This document shows positions 21,334-32,900 of a stretch of DNA of 64,000 bases, piece after piece. The DNA is taken from the NCBI GenBank assembly GCA_038143065.1, contig JAYQLI010000035.1, positions 384,001-448,000 of the forward strand. The letters are read 5' to 3'. The number at the start of each line of letters is the position of its first letter. Position 1 is the first letter of the stretch. The stretch is from Rhodospirillales bacterium. Its GTDB lineage: Bacteria; Pseudomonadota; Alphaproteobacteria; Bin95. A program made the translations under genes and the position numbers. The notes under the pieces were generated by a model, which searched no databases, was not told the origin of the DNA, and saw only the letters and a list, made by a program, of their open reading frames with translations.

Positions 21334-23059
21334 GAGATGTTTCCTTTCCTCTGGTATCTATCCAAAACCTTACCGTGTCATTCGGTACCCGTAATGGTTT
21401 GGTTAAGGCTGTTAGTAACGTTTCGTTTGATCTGAGTCGTGGTGAGACACTTGGAATTGTTGGTGAGTCTGGCTCTGGAAAGTCAGTCACTACCTACGCC
21501 TTGATGGGTATTCTCGATTCAAATGGCACCATTGATGGTGGGAAAATTGAGTATTCCGGCATAAATCTTCGCACAGCTAACGAAAAGCAAATGAGAGAAA
21601 TTCGTGGCCGTGAAATTTCAATGATTTTTCAAAATCCACGTAGTGCATTAAATCCAATTCGTAAAATCGGCCTTCAAATAGAAGATGTTTTAAGGGCCCA
21701 CTCTGTAGCTGTGGGTGCAGATGCACGCAGGCGAGCAATAGATCTATTAGATAAAGTCAAAATACGAGATCCAGCAAAGCGATATCATTCATTTCCTCAT
21801 GAAATCTCTGGAGGTATGTGCCAACGAGTTGTAATAGCTTTGGCTTTGGCATGCAGCCCAAAGGTTTTAATCGCCGACGAGCCGACCACTGGATTAGATG
21901 TCACTACGCAGAAAGCTATAATGGATCTAATTAAGGAACTTGGTGAAGATCAGGGCTTATCTACTATTTTAATCACGCACGATCTGGGGTTAGCAGCTAG
22001 TTATTGTAATCGTGTAGTGGTGATGCAGCATGGCGAAGTGATTGAGACGGGAGTCGTCAAATCCCTTTTTAGAAATCCTCGTCATCCCTACACCCGGGCT
22101 CTTGTAGATGCTACGCCGCGACGAACCGGGATTATAAGAGAGCTCCTCCCAAAAAATGATCCGCGTCATGCGCAACCTGAGCCAAGACTATCGTCTTCAA
22201 CTAGATCTGATCCTCTTTTGATTGTGGATGGGTTAACGAAAAAGTTTGTGGACGTCCGTACCTTGGGGTGGATGCCTTGGCGGCGTAATAAGGCTACCGG
22301 AGCAGACAGTACTTTTCGTGCTGTGGATGGAGTTTCGTTTGAATTACATGAGGGCGAGAGCTTGGGTTTAGTCGGAGGTCAGGCTGCGGAAAATCTACGA
22401 CGTCGATGATGATTATGCGATTACTCGACCTTGATGAAGGCACAATCCAGCTTGCTGGGCAGGATATTGGCTCCGTTCCATCGTCCCGTTTTGCTCGGCA
22501 CCGTGCAAGGCCCCATTTACAATTGGTCTTTCAGGATCCAACTGAATCACTAAATCCACGCTTTACCGCGATGAGATGCATAGCAGACCCATTATTGAGA
22601 ATGGGTCGTTTATCTCGGCGAAGTGATATTAAAGCCCGGGTAGAGGAGCTGGCAAATCTTGTGCAGTTGCCGGATAGCCTTCTGTCACGCTTTCCGCACC
22701 AGCTATCTGGTGGTCAAAAGGCAAGAGTGGGTATTGCCCGTGCAATAGCCCTTGAGCCCAAGTTACTAATTCTAGATGAGCCAACTGCAGCTTTGGACGT
22801 ATCAGTTCAAGCTGTAGTGCTGAATTTGCTTGTTGATCTGCGTGCCCAGCTCGGCATGAGTTATTTATTCGTTAGCCACGATTTGAACGTTGTACGACTT
22901 CTTTGCGATAAAGTGATGGTCATGCAAGCGGGGCGTATCATAGAGCAAGGCCCATCTTCTAAGGTTATGAATACACCCCAGACAGCATATACCAGACAGC
23001 TTTTGGCCTCCACTCTAGAGCCACCACATACTTCTTTCCGCCAGGAGGTCGCTCAATGA
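21330..23059 (+). CDS. Fused double ABC ATPase DppD/DppF (frameshift near 22375)
   Basis: [21 protein letters not shown]; second Walker A broken at the indel (..GCGKST), then SGGQKAR and LDEPT. Confidence 0.92.
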
Positions 23060-24789
23060 CCCTGAGGATTTCGGATTATCATCAGGCTTATTCAAATGGT
23101 GCAAGTCCAAGTGCACTCATAGCTGCAATTCGGGCTCGTCTGGATCGGATCGGTGATCAGGGAATTTTCCTACATTTTGTTGATAATTCTCTCCTAATCA
23201 AAATGGTAGAAGATATCGGGCCTTTTGATCCAGCCTCAAAACCATTATGGGGTGTGCCGTTTGCCGTTAAAGACAATATTGATGTCTTCGGCATGCCAAC
23301 AACTGCTGGGTGTGAAGCTTATGCTTATAAACCAGGGAAAGACTCTACAGTTGTGGCGCAGTTGAAAGCTGCCGGTGCAATTCCCATTGGTAAAACCAAC
23401 CTGGATCAATTCGCTACGGGTTTAGTAGGTCTTCGAACACCATATACCGCCCCGCTAAATTTTATCGACCCAAAGCTTGTCCCAGGAGGCTCTAGTTCTG
23501 GGTCAGCAGTAGCAGTTGCACATGGCCTTGTTCCCTTTGCTCTTGGGACAGATACGGCAGGGTCTGGCAGGGTCCCAGCTGGTCTTAATGGTATTATTGG
23601 ATTAAAGCCCAGTCTTGGCGCTATATCGACTCAAGGAGTGGTTCCCGCTTGTCGCAGCCTTGATTGTGTTTCCATTTTTGCTGGTAATATCATCGATGCT
23701 CAGAGGGTATTTAGAGCTGCAAGTTGTTTTGATAAATCTGATTCGTTCAGTAAGCCACTGGTTCAGCACGAGCCATGGGCCTTCATAAAAGGGGCTCAAA
23801 GTTGGAATTCCTAGGCGGGAGGATCTCATATTTGATTCCTGCTCTGCGGCAGAGACTGCATTCGACGATGCAGTTTCCGCACTGGTTTCCATTGGCATGA
23901 ATGTGGAAGAAGTCCCTTTTGGAGATTTTTACGCTATTGCGCAATTGCTCTACGAGGGGCCGTGGGTATCGGAGCGCTATGCTGCGATTGGTGCATTTAT
24001 CGAAAAACAGCCAAACTCTATGCACCCCATTACCCGATCGATCATCGAGAAGGGGTGTAACTTTTCGGCTGTAGATGCATTCACAGCTTTTTACGAACTG
24101 GCGGAGCTTCGTCGCAAGGTTGAGCCGTTTCTGGAATCAGTCGATCTGCTATGTGTTCCAACGATCCCACGTAATCCGAGCGTTAAGGAAGTTTTGGATG
24201 ACCCGATAGGGATTAATTCAATGCTTGGAACCTATACCAATTTTGTGAACTTGTTAGGTATGTGTGGCTTGACAATACCCTGCGGAAAGCGTTCGGATGG
24301 CGAGCCATCAAGTATAACATTTTTGGCTTCGGCCGGGCATGATATCCGTCTTTCATACGTTGCAGAGCAGGTCAGTGGGCTCTTAGGCGGAGGCGATGAG
24401 GAAGAAGCCGTTATGCTTGCAGTCGTTGGGGCGCATCTCTCAGGAATGGATTTGAATTATCAACTCCGTGACCTGGGCGCTATCTTTGTATCCACTACAG
24501 AAACAGCTCCAGTTTATAAGCTCTACGACGTTCCTAACAGCAATCCACCCAAACCAGGTATGATCCGTGTTCAGAAGGGGGAGCTGCAATAGAGGTCGAG
24601 ATCTGGAAGCTTACTTACTCAGCTTTTGGGAAGTTTGTTGCTAACATTCCAAGTCCACTGGGAATTGGTAATGCTCAGTTAAAAGATGGCAATACAATTA
24701 AATGCTTCTTGGCAGAGCCTGCTGGATTAGACGGGGCGGAGGACATCACGCGCTTTGGTGGCTGGCGTAGTTATATAACTACAAGATAA
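23056..24789 (+). CDS. atzF: Allophanate hydrolase (frameshifts near 23770 and 24580)
   Basis: VKDNID, GKTNLDQFATGLVG.R.PY, PGGSSSGS, GTDTAGSGRVPA, LGTYTNFVN; C-terminal domain AVVGAHLSGM.LNYQL ... DITRFGGWR, TAA 24787-24789. Confidence 0.92.
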
Positions 24790-25039
24790 AGTAAGTTATT
24801 TTCTGAAAAGGCGAAGTTCTATAGCTTGGTAAAGTTCCAAGATTAATGAAGATTCGTTCCAAACCTATAAACGTAAATATAAAGAGGTCGGTGCTGCGAA
24901 ATAAGTTCATATTTATATAAAATTTTGTAATTCAAAGTTGCTGACTTTTTTTCTCGAAGTCATTAGACCTGTTATGGCAGTTGCTGTTGTTTCTTAGCCC
25001 AAAGACCTTTCCTAGCATTAAAAACGTGGAGTGAATTTA

Positions 25040-25831
25040 ATGGAATATAAGGATATTATCTATTCTGAAGAAGAAGGCACAGCAATTATCCGGATCAACA
25101 GGCCAGAGGTCTACAACGCCTTTCGTCCACGTACAGTGGTTGAGATGATTAATGCTTTACTTACCGCAGGGTGGAATGATGAGATTGGTTCTATAATCCT
25201 TACGGGTACTGGGCCCAAAGCTTTTTGTACTGGAGGAGATCAATCCGATAAATCTGGCTCCTATGGAGATGGTGAGACCCGTGGGACGGTTGGAATGCCG
25301 ATGGAAGAATTGCATACAGCCATTCGGGATGTTCCAAAGCCGGTCGTTGCAATGGTGCGTGGCTATGCAATTGGTGGGGGTAATGTACTCGCTACGTTAT
25401 CTGATCTTACTATAGCTAGTGAGACGGCAGTATTTGGTCAGGTGGGGCCAAAGATGGGGTCCGTGGATCCAGGATTTGGGACAGCTTATCTTGCTCGCAT
25501 TGTGGGTGAAAAGAAAGCTCGAGAGTTCTGGTATATGTGCAAGCGTTACACAGCTCATGAAGCAGCCGCTATGGGCTTAGTAAATGCCGTTGTGCCTGAT
25601 GATAAACTCGAGGAAGAGACCAAAGCCTGGTGTCGCGAATTAAATCAGCGAAGCCCGACAGCTATTTCGATTGCGAAGCGATCGTTTAATGCTGATAGCG
25701 ATAATATACGGGGAATTGGTAGCCTCGGGTTTGCTGCACTCAAACTTTACTACCATACGGATGAGTCTAAAGAGGGCGGTAACGCATTTCGGGAGCGCCG
25801 TGATCCAGAGTTCCGCAAATACTACAAGTAG
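25040..25831 (+). CDS. badI: Crotonase-family hydrolase, 2-ketocyclohexanecarboxyl-CoA hydrolase (BadI)-like
   Basis: AFCTGGDQS, EELHTAIRDVPKPV, AIGGGNVLAT, GSVDPGFGT, ALKLYY; fits BadI better than MenB (GGGHVL, GSFDGG). Confidence 0.75.
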   Translation: MEYKDIIYSEEEGTAIIRINRPEVYNAFRPRTVVEMINALLTAGWNDEIGSIILTGTGPKAFCTGGDQSDKSGSYGDGETRGTVGMPMEELHTAIRDVPKPVVAMVRGYAIGGGNVLATLSDLTIASETAVFGQVGPKMGSVDPGFGTAYLARIVGEKKAREFWYMCKRYTAHEAAAMGLVNAVVPDDKLEEETKAWCRELNQRSPTAISIAKRSFNADSDNIRGIGSLGFAALKLYYHTDESKEGGNAFRERRDPEFRKYYK

Positions 25832-25905
25832 TTCTTATGGAACTTGATAGGGTTAACGGGATATAGATAGAACTACTGATCTCTATTTGATGAAACCTTT
25901 GAACT

Positions 25906-25937
25906 AAAAAAGGCCACCAAGAATGGTGGCCTTTTTT
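25906..25937. terminator. Bidirectional Rho-independent terminator
   Basis: AAAAAA-GGCCACCA-AGAA-TGGTGGCC-TTTTTT between convergent genes. Confidence 0.92.
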
Positions 25938-25956
25938 AAATGTAAATACAATGTGT

Positions 25957-26750
25957 TTAGGATAGCCAGCGCTTACGGCGACGGTATGTTTTTACATCCC
26001 GATAAGATTTACGTTCGCCACCTTCACTCATTCCTAAGTAGAACTCTTGAATGTCTGAATTTGTTTTCAGAGACTCAGCTTCGCCCTCCATGACGATAGA
26101 GCCATTTTCCATAACATAACCAAAGTCTGCGTACTCGAGAGCCAAGGCAGCGTTTTGTTCTACAAGCAGAATTGTTACGCCTTGCTCTTCATTTAGCCGC
26201 TTTATAATCCCAAAAATTTCCTCAACGATCATTGGGGCTAATCCAAGGAAGGCTCGTCAAGGCATACCATCTTGGGGTTTGACATAAGAGCTCGCCCAAT
26301 AGCGAGCATTTGTTGTTCACCTCCGGAGAGGTAACCAGCTCTACTAGTATGTCGCTCTTTAATACGGGGAAAATAAGTATAAACCATCTCCTTGCGACGG
26401 TTCATTTCAGCTGTGGAAGGTTCAATGTGGCCGCCTGCAATGAGGTTTTCATCAACGGTTAAGTTTACGAAAACGCGACGGCCTTCAAATACTTGTACTA
26501 CCCCCTTTTTGACAATCTCAAAGCCGGCAAGGTGATCAATCCGTTCCCCACCAAAAGTAATATTTCCTTTGGTAATGGCTCCACGTTCTGGACGTAATAA
26601 TCCTGAAATTGCTTTTAACGTTGTCGTCTTGCCAGCACCATTAGCGCCTAGGACTGTGGTAATCTTACCTTCCTTGGCCTCCAAGGAAATGCCCCGGAGA
26701 ACGAGTACAACGTTATTGTACATCACCTCAATGTTATTAATTTGAAGCAT
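25957..26750 (-). CDS. Branched-chain-type ABC ATPase, LivF-like (frameshift near 26240)
   Basis: GANGAGKTT, LSGGEQQM, LDEPSL, LLVEQNA. Confidence 0.92.
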
Positions 26751-26779
26751 ATTTAAATCTCGTCGTCCGGTGATTGAAA

Positions 26780-26820
26780 GAGGGGTCTGCAGGCTCCGAT
26801 TGGAACCTGCAGCACGCCTC
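26780..26820 (-). other. Intercistronic stem-loop after the substrate-binding protein gene
   Basis: CTGCAGG-CTCCGATTGGAA-CCTGCAG with outer GAGG/CCTC pairing; typical mRNA-stabilising hairpin after ABC SBP genes. Confidence 0.6.
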
Positions 26821-26828
26821 GGTTTGGT

Positions 26829-28097
26829 TTACTTCTTTGCGGCCTTTTCGATTTCTTCGATAAGAAGTTCAGAAACTTCATGTCTATAATCGCGGTACCA
26901 TTCAGTGACAGGTTTATAACCAGATTTCGTCACCTGGAAGACACGAACCCATCCACCACCTTCATGATCTTTCTTTGTGATCTGAAGAGGAGGTAGGAGA
27001 CCACCCAGAGTGAAGTCTTTGATTTGATAGAAACCGTCACGGACTTGCTCGCCTGTCACATCACAACTACCTTTTGCCTTAACAGCATTCTCAATAGCTT
27101 TGATGTGCACTGCAGCCTGGAATACACCCCGGTTATAGTAAGCGGTGTATTGCATCGCATCTGGATCGCCTTTGCCGTTAGCCTTGTACATATCCTTGAT
27201 CTGTTGGATCACAGGGTAATCTTGGCCAACACCTGCAAAGTGCATTGTGTTGTAACCTTCAGCGGCTTCATTACCGCCGGCTGCTTGAATATCACCTTCG
27301 GATCCAGCCCATACAACGCCTAGGATTTTATCAAGTGGATATCCCGCCCGCTTAAACTCTTTCAGGGAAACGGATGGAGCGCGCCCGAAGAGGTGGCTGA
27401 TGACAAAATCAGCGCGATAGCGCCGGGTGATATCAAGGATCTGAGGACCCATCTCAACGCCTGGTGCTGGAACAGCAAAAGTACGTAGTTCGTAACCCTC
27501 TTGTGGCTTCAACTTTTCAAGGACAGGAATTCCCTCTGTCCCGGCAGGGTTATCATAATAGATGTAGGCAATCTTTTTGCCTTTAAGGCTTCCACCGAGT
27601 TGATCCTTAGCAAACTTAACAGCGGCAGCTGCTTGGCTGTAGTAGCTTGCAGCAATTGGGAACATGTATGGATAGGCTTCGCCATTACCTGCTAGAGCTG
27701 TACCAAAACCGGCTGATGTTCCAGGGATCTTATCTTCCGCCATCTTTTGGACGAGAGCGTAGACCATAGGTGTACCATACGGTGAAATTAGAACAGCATC
27801 TTCTGCTTTATAGGTCTGATAAGCTTCAACGGCTGCAGGAACCTTGTACTCATGGTCAATTTCATGCGCATTAATTTTACACTCACCCATGTTGCCTTGT
27901 TTGTTATACAAGTTCACGTAATCGTGATATCCTGGGCATAAAGCTGTTCCTGTTACTGATGTAGGACCAGTGCGGTCACACATCATACCAATAACAATGT
28001 CCTTTGCGCTTGCCTGACTGGCGAGTGCTCCGGCCGCTAGGGCCGCTGCCCCAAGTGCGGTAAAGAACTTCATTCTTTTTCCTCCCTTACTCTTCAA
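26829..28097 (-). CDS. Branched-chain-type ABC substrate-binding protein
   Basis: Signal peptide (..ASQASA), DRTGPT, YYNRGV, DHEGGGWVR. Confidence 0.9.
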   Translation of the reverse strand: MKSKGGKRMKFFTALGAAALAAGALASQASAKDIVIGMMCDRTGPTSVTGTALCPGYHDYVNLYNKQGNMGECKINAHEIDHEYKVPAAVEAYQTYKAEDAVLISPYGTPMVYALVQKMAEDKIPGTSAGFGTALAGNGEAYPYMFPIAASYYSQAAAAVKFAKDQLGGSLKGKKIAYIYYDNPAGTEGIPVLEKLKPQEGYELRTFAVPAPGVEMGPQILDITRRYRADFVISHLFGRAPSVSLKEFKRAGYPLDKILGVVWAGSEGDIQAAGGNEAAEGYNTMHFAGVGQDYPVIQQIKDMYKANGKGDPDAMQYTAYYNRGVFQAAVHIKAIENAVKAKGSCDVTGEQVRDGFYQIKDFTLGGLLPPLQITKKDHEGGGWVRVFQVTKSGYKPVTEWYRDYRHEVSELLIEEIEKAAKK

Positions 28098-28115
28098 GTT
28101 CTCGCTTTAGTTTTT

Positions 28116-29182
28116 CTAATGTGAGAACGGCCAAACCCGGAAATAATTCGGACGTTAATCCACAAACGGTTTAATCCATCTGGTTCCACAATCAGAAAGA
28201 AGATGATCAGGACACCAAAAGAATTTGACGCAATTGTGAAATACTTTGAGCAAGAACGTCTGGTTCAACAAACAATGACCCGACGTTCTCCATAACTAGC
28301 CTTATTGCAATTGGCAGAAGACTTATGAAGAAAGCACCAAAAACAGATCCAAGAACCGATCCTAAGCCTCCTATAATTACCATTGACAAGTAATCAATCG
28401 ACACACCAAGCTGGAACTGTTCGTAAGATGCGATACCTAAATAATAGGTATAAAGTACACCTGTGACACCGGCGTAGAACGAGCTTATGGCGAATGCATA
28501 AAGCTTATATTTGAAGACGCTTATTCCAATAATTTCTGCTGCAATATCCTGGTCACGGATGGCAACAAAAGCACGGCCCACCCGGCTCCGAACAAGGTTT
28601 TGTGTGGCGATTACGGCGACAACAGCTACTATAAGTAGGAAGTAATATAGTTCTGTAGGGCTATCTAGTTTTTCACCGAGTAGGGTAGGGGGCGAGCCAC
28701 CTCAATGGAAGCTTGCGCACCACCAGAGATAGAAGGTGAATGGTTGATAATCCACTCGATAATAAATTGTGCAGCCAATGTAGCAATCGCAAGATAAACA
28801 CCTTTAATGCGCAGTGAGGAACACCCACAATAATGCCTATGGCAGCTGCCATCAGGCCGCCAGCAGGTAGTGTTATTAAGAATGGTAAGTCGAATTTCGT
28901 TGCAAGATTAGCGGCTGTATATGCGCCCACTGACATGAATGCCGCGTGCCCGATAGAGAGCTGGCCTGCGTAGCCTAGAAGAATATTTAGTCCAAGAGCG
29001 CCTACAGTTGCGATTGCGACAAGGCTTAGGAGAGTGAGGTAGTACTCACTCATCACCAATGGGGCGGCGATGAAGAATAAAACCAATAAGGCAAATGCCG
29101 AGAAGCGCGAAATTGGTAGGGGATAGAGCCCCATATCCGATTTGTAGTTGGTCTTATAATAACCAGACTCGCGGTAATACAT
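28116..29182 (-). CDS. ABC permease, LivM-like (several frameshifts)
   Basis: LGLNILLGYAGQLSIGHAAF, GRAFVAIRDQDIAA, IIGGLGS, C-terminal NYFRVWPFSH* at 28116. Confidence 0.88.
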
Positions 29183-29186
29183 GAGC

Positions 29187-30085
29187 CTAAATCCTCTCGA
29201 TCAACTTACGGCCTAACAAGCCGTAAGGCCTTATCATCAGCATGATAATCATCAATACGTAGGGGGTGAAATCCTTGGTGCCGCCACCCACATACGGATC
29301 AATAAACCCAGCAGCGAGAGCCTCGGCTACCCCAACTATTATCCCGCCAATAACAACGCCAATGATTGAATCAAGGCCTCCTAAAATCACAACTGGGAAC
29401 ACCTTTAATCCAACTAGAGCCAATTGGGTATCGACGCCTGACGCGCTTCCCCAAAGTACCCCGCCCAACATTGCAACAATGCCAGCCATCACCCATGCAA
29501 GTGCAAAATAGCGTGCAACGGTGATGCCCATCGCTCGCGAGACTTGATGGCTATCTGCCACTGCCCGCATTGCAACTCCTTTGCGGGTTTTTAGAAATAA
29601 CCATCCAAAAATAAGAAGGAAGAGGATACTAGTACCTGCGCCCAGGAGTTGAATGGGAGTGAAGAAAAACGGCCCAATGATAACTGGATAATCTTCAATC
29701 GGTAGAGTGATACCTCGAGGTGCAGCGCCAAATACCATTGGGCCAATCCCTCGAAGAATAAAGGCAAGACCAATAGTTGCCATAATAATTGCTACGATGG
29801 GGCGACCGATTAGTGGTCTTAAAACCACTCTTTCAAGCGCAATGTTGAAGGCAATCATGAAGATTAGTCCTGCAAAAGGGCCAACCACAGAGGAAACTCA
29901 TAAGCAGCGCTAGCGAGTCCAGATATGACTATACCTGCAATCATAACGAACTCACCCTGCGCGAAGTTTATCGCATCTGTTGCCTTGTAAATAAGAACAA
30001 ACCCTAGGGCTACCAATGAGTACATCAAACCGTTGGCTACACCTTGGCCAAATAGTTCGATTGCGAATGCCATATCACCGCTCAT
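29187..30085 (-). CDS. ABC permease, LivH-like (frameshift near 29880)
   Basis: ALGFVLIYKA...INFAQGE, GVAMRAVAD, VILGGLDS, RPYGLLG. Confidence 0.9.
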
Positions 30086-30095
30086 CCGCCTTCTC

Positions 30096-31997
30096 CTATG
30101 CCGCGTCTTGTATTTTGAGGTTCATGTCAACGTGGCTCTTCCGGCCATCCTCAAACGTAACCTCAGCACGGAGGTCAACCACTGAAGCGCCTGAGTAAAA
30201 TGCTGTGATGACGGGCTCATATTGCTCCGCTATAAAGCTCCGACGCAGCTTCCGCGTTCGGGTTATTTCAGCATCATCAGCATCAAAATCTTTGCCTAGG
30301 ATTAGGAACCGTTTTACTTGAAGAGTCTCAGGTAGAGTGCGATTTATACCAGATACCTCTGCTGAAATTAAATCCAGCACCTCCTGCTTCTGAGATAGGT
30401 CCATATAATTTGTATAAGGGAGAGTTTGTCTTTCCGCCCATTTGCCTACAGTATTGAAGTCAATGGCGATCATTGCGCAAACAGAGGGTCGCTCATTACC
30501 AAATGAGATTGCTTCGGCGATATACGGGCTATATTTCAGTTTATTTTCAACAAATTGAGGTGCAAAAGCCGAGCCATCTTCAAGTTTTCCAACATCTTTG
30601 GCTCTATCGATGATTGTAAGTTCACCGTTTGCTTCTAAGACACCGGCATCACCGGTTTTAAACCAGCCATCTTCAGAAACTGCTTCTTTAAAGGCATCCT
30701 CATTTTTGTAATAGCCGACGAAAACATTAGCGCCCTTGACTTGCAATTCGCCATTATCAGCAATTCGAAGGTCAATACCTTCTATTGGTTTTCCAACGCT
30801 ATCAGGATTTGCTTCACCGTCTCGTTGGATTGAACCAAGCCCTGAAATTTCTGTTGAACCATAAACTTGTTTTAGGTTTATTCCGAGCGCTCTAAAGAAG
30901 CGGAATGTATCAGGACCTAAAGGAGCACCACCTGTAAGTGCCCAACGGGCCCTTCTCAAACCAAGTTGGTCTCTTATGGGTGAATAAATAAGAAGTTCAC
31001 CAAGTGCTAAATTTATCCTATCGCCGAGACTAGGAGATTTTCCATCCTCTTGCTTGCGCATCACATTAATAGCTGCACTGCTGAAGCGGTTGTAAACAAA
31101 TTTCTTTAGACCGGTGATGTCTTCAGCTTTTACCTGGATGTCGGAAAGAAAGTTTTCCCACGCCCTGGGTGCCGCTAGAATACCGGTCGGTCCCAATTCA
31201 CGCATATCACGAAGAAGCGTCTCTGGTCCTTCAGGGCAATTGCATGACGCTCCAGTCAACAAGCTTGTGGCTAAGCTATAGGTTACATCACCTACCCAAG
31301 CCATTGGGAGGTAAGAAAGAAAGTCATCACTTTCCCGAACATCTTCAACTGATACGAAGGCTTTAGCTGCGGCTACGAGATTAGCGTGGTTAAGCATAAC
31401 CCCTTTAGGCTTTCCTGTAGTGCCTGACGTATAGCACATTAGAGCTACCGTATTCGCGTCAAGCGCCTGAACGCCTGCTTCGTAAGCCGCTCGATCACCG
31501 TTAACGCCTAACTCAATAACTGCTTCATAGGATTTAAGTAATTTGTGATCATAATCACTTAAGCCACGATCATCGCAGTATACAATTTGTTTTACCTGGG
31601 GTAGGCGGTCTTCGATCGACAGCATCTTGTCGACCTGTTCTTGGTCTTCTGCAAAAATAACGGAGACATCTGCATCACTAAGAACGAACGCAAGCTCATC
31701 TGCGATGGAATCCTGATAAACAGGTACTGATGCTCCACCTAATGCCTGAGCCGCTAATTGTGCCCAGTAAAGTCTGGGGCGATTATCACCAATGACAGCG
31801 AGCTTATCGCCTGCGCCAAAACCAACAGCTTTCAGCCCAAGAGCGAGTTCAGCTACTTGATCGGCATAATCTGACCAACTGTAGGTTTCCCAAATACCAA
31901 GATATTTTTCTCTCATAGCCGGTTTAGAACCGCGTATTTTACTGTTCTCAACTACCAGGCCAGGCAGTGTTTGTGCGTTGGTTGTAGCCTCGGTCAT
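30096..31997 (-). CDS. Long-chain-fatty-acid--CoA ligase (AMP-binding)
   Basis: YTSGTTGKPKG, YGSTE, GWFKTGDAG, IIDRAKD, EITRTRKLRR. Confidence 0.92.
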   Translation of the reverse strand: MTEATTNAQTLPGLVVENSKIRGSKPAMREKYLGIWETYSWSDYADQVAELALGLKAVGFGAGDKLAVIGDNRPRLYWAQLAAQALGGASVPVYQDSIADELAFVLSDADVSVIFAEDQEQVDKMLSIEDRLPQVKQIVYCDDRGLSDYDHKLLKSYEAVIELGVNGDRAAYEAGVQALDANTVALMCYTSGTTGKPKGVMLNHANLVAAAKAFVSVEDVRESDDFLSYLPMAWVGDVTYSLATSLLTGASCNCPEGPETLLRDMRELGPTGILAAPRAWENFLSDIQVKAEDITGLKKFVYNRFSSAAINVMRKQEDGKSPSLGDRINLALGELLIYSPIRDQLGLRRARWALTGGAPLGPDTFRFFRALGINLKQVYGSTEISGLGSIQRDGEANPDSVGKPIEGIDLRIADNGELQVKGANVFVGYYKNEDAFKEAVSEDGWFKTGDAGVLEANGELTIIDRAKDVGKLEDGSAFAPQFVENKLKYSPYIAEAISFGNERPSVCAMIAIDFNTVGKWAERQTLPYTNYMDLSQKQEVLDLISAEVSGINRTLPETLQVKRFLILGKDFDADDAEITRTRKLRRSFIAEQYEPVITAFYSGASVVDLRAEVTFEDGRKSHVDMNLKIQDAA

Positions 31998-32003
31998 ATC
32001 TGC

Positions 32004-32819
32004 TTATTCCTGCAAATGTGAGGCGCCTAGGTAGGCGCGTATGACGGCAGGATCAGCTTAGACCTGCTCCGGCGTTCCATCAGAAATTTTCTCACCCTGA
32101 TCAAGGACAACAATGTGGTCTGATATATCCATGACCACGCCCATGTCGTGCTCGATTAGAACAATTGTGGTTCCAAATTCTGCATTCACATCCAGAACAT
32201 AGCGAACCATGTCCTCTTTTTCTTCTTGGTTCATTCCTGCCATCGGCTCATCAAGAAGAAGAAGGGTAGGGTCTAATGCTAGGGCTCGGCCCAATTCTAC
32301 CCGTTTTTGCAGTCCATACGCCAACTCACCGGTGTTTGCTCGACGGAGATCCGAAATTCTAAGGAAATCAATGATTTCCTCAGCACGCTTCCGGTGGTGA
32401 ATTTCTTCTTTTTGGGCGGCTCCCCAATACATAAAGCAAGAGAGCACACTCGATTTCATCCGGACGTGGCGGCCCAACATAAGATTGTCTAACACCGTTA
32501 GGCCGCGAAAAAGAGCAATGTTTTGGAAGGTCCGTGCGATTCCGAGCTCAGCTATACCGTTTGGCTTCCGACCTATAAGCTCAGTCCCATCAAATTTAAT
32601 TGAGCCTTGGTCTGCTTTATAGAAACCACTGATCATATTCACTAACGATGTTTTACCTGCGCCGTTAGGTCCAATAATTGAGAAAATCGAGCCACGCTCG
32701 ACTTGAAGGCTCACTTCACGAACGGCCTGCACGCCGCCAAAGCTCTTTGCTACTTTATCGACAGTCAATATCGGGTCGCTGACGCCCCCGCTCGAGTCGA
32801 GCATGGACTGTTCCTCCAC
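32004..32819 (-). CDS. Branched-chain-type ABC ATPase, LivG-like (frameshift near 32060)
   Basis: GPNGAGKT, ARTFQN, LDEPMAG, IEHDM; shifted C-terminus DPAVIRAYLG, stop at 32004. Confidence 0.92.
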
Positions 32820-32900
32820 CTGTCAAATTTATAAATACAGACTTGAGCCTGTTTTTTTTGTTGGGTGAAAGCGTAGTACTAGAAATTTAAAAAGCGCAAC

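Noticed and set aside
25040-25831. menB (naphthoate synthase)
   Set aside because: Has GGGNVL and GSVDPG rather than MenB GGGHVL and GSFDGG; no men genes nearby.
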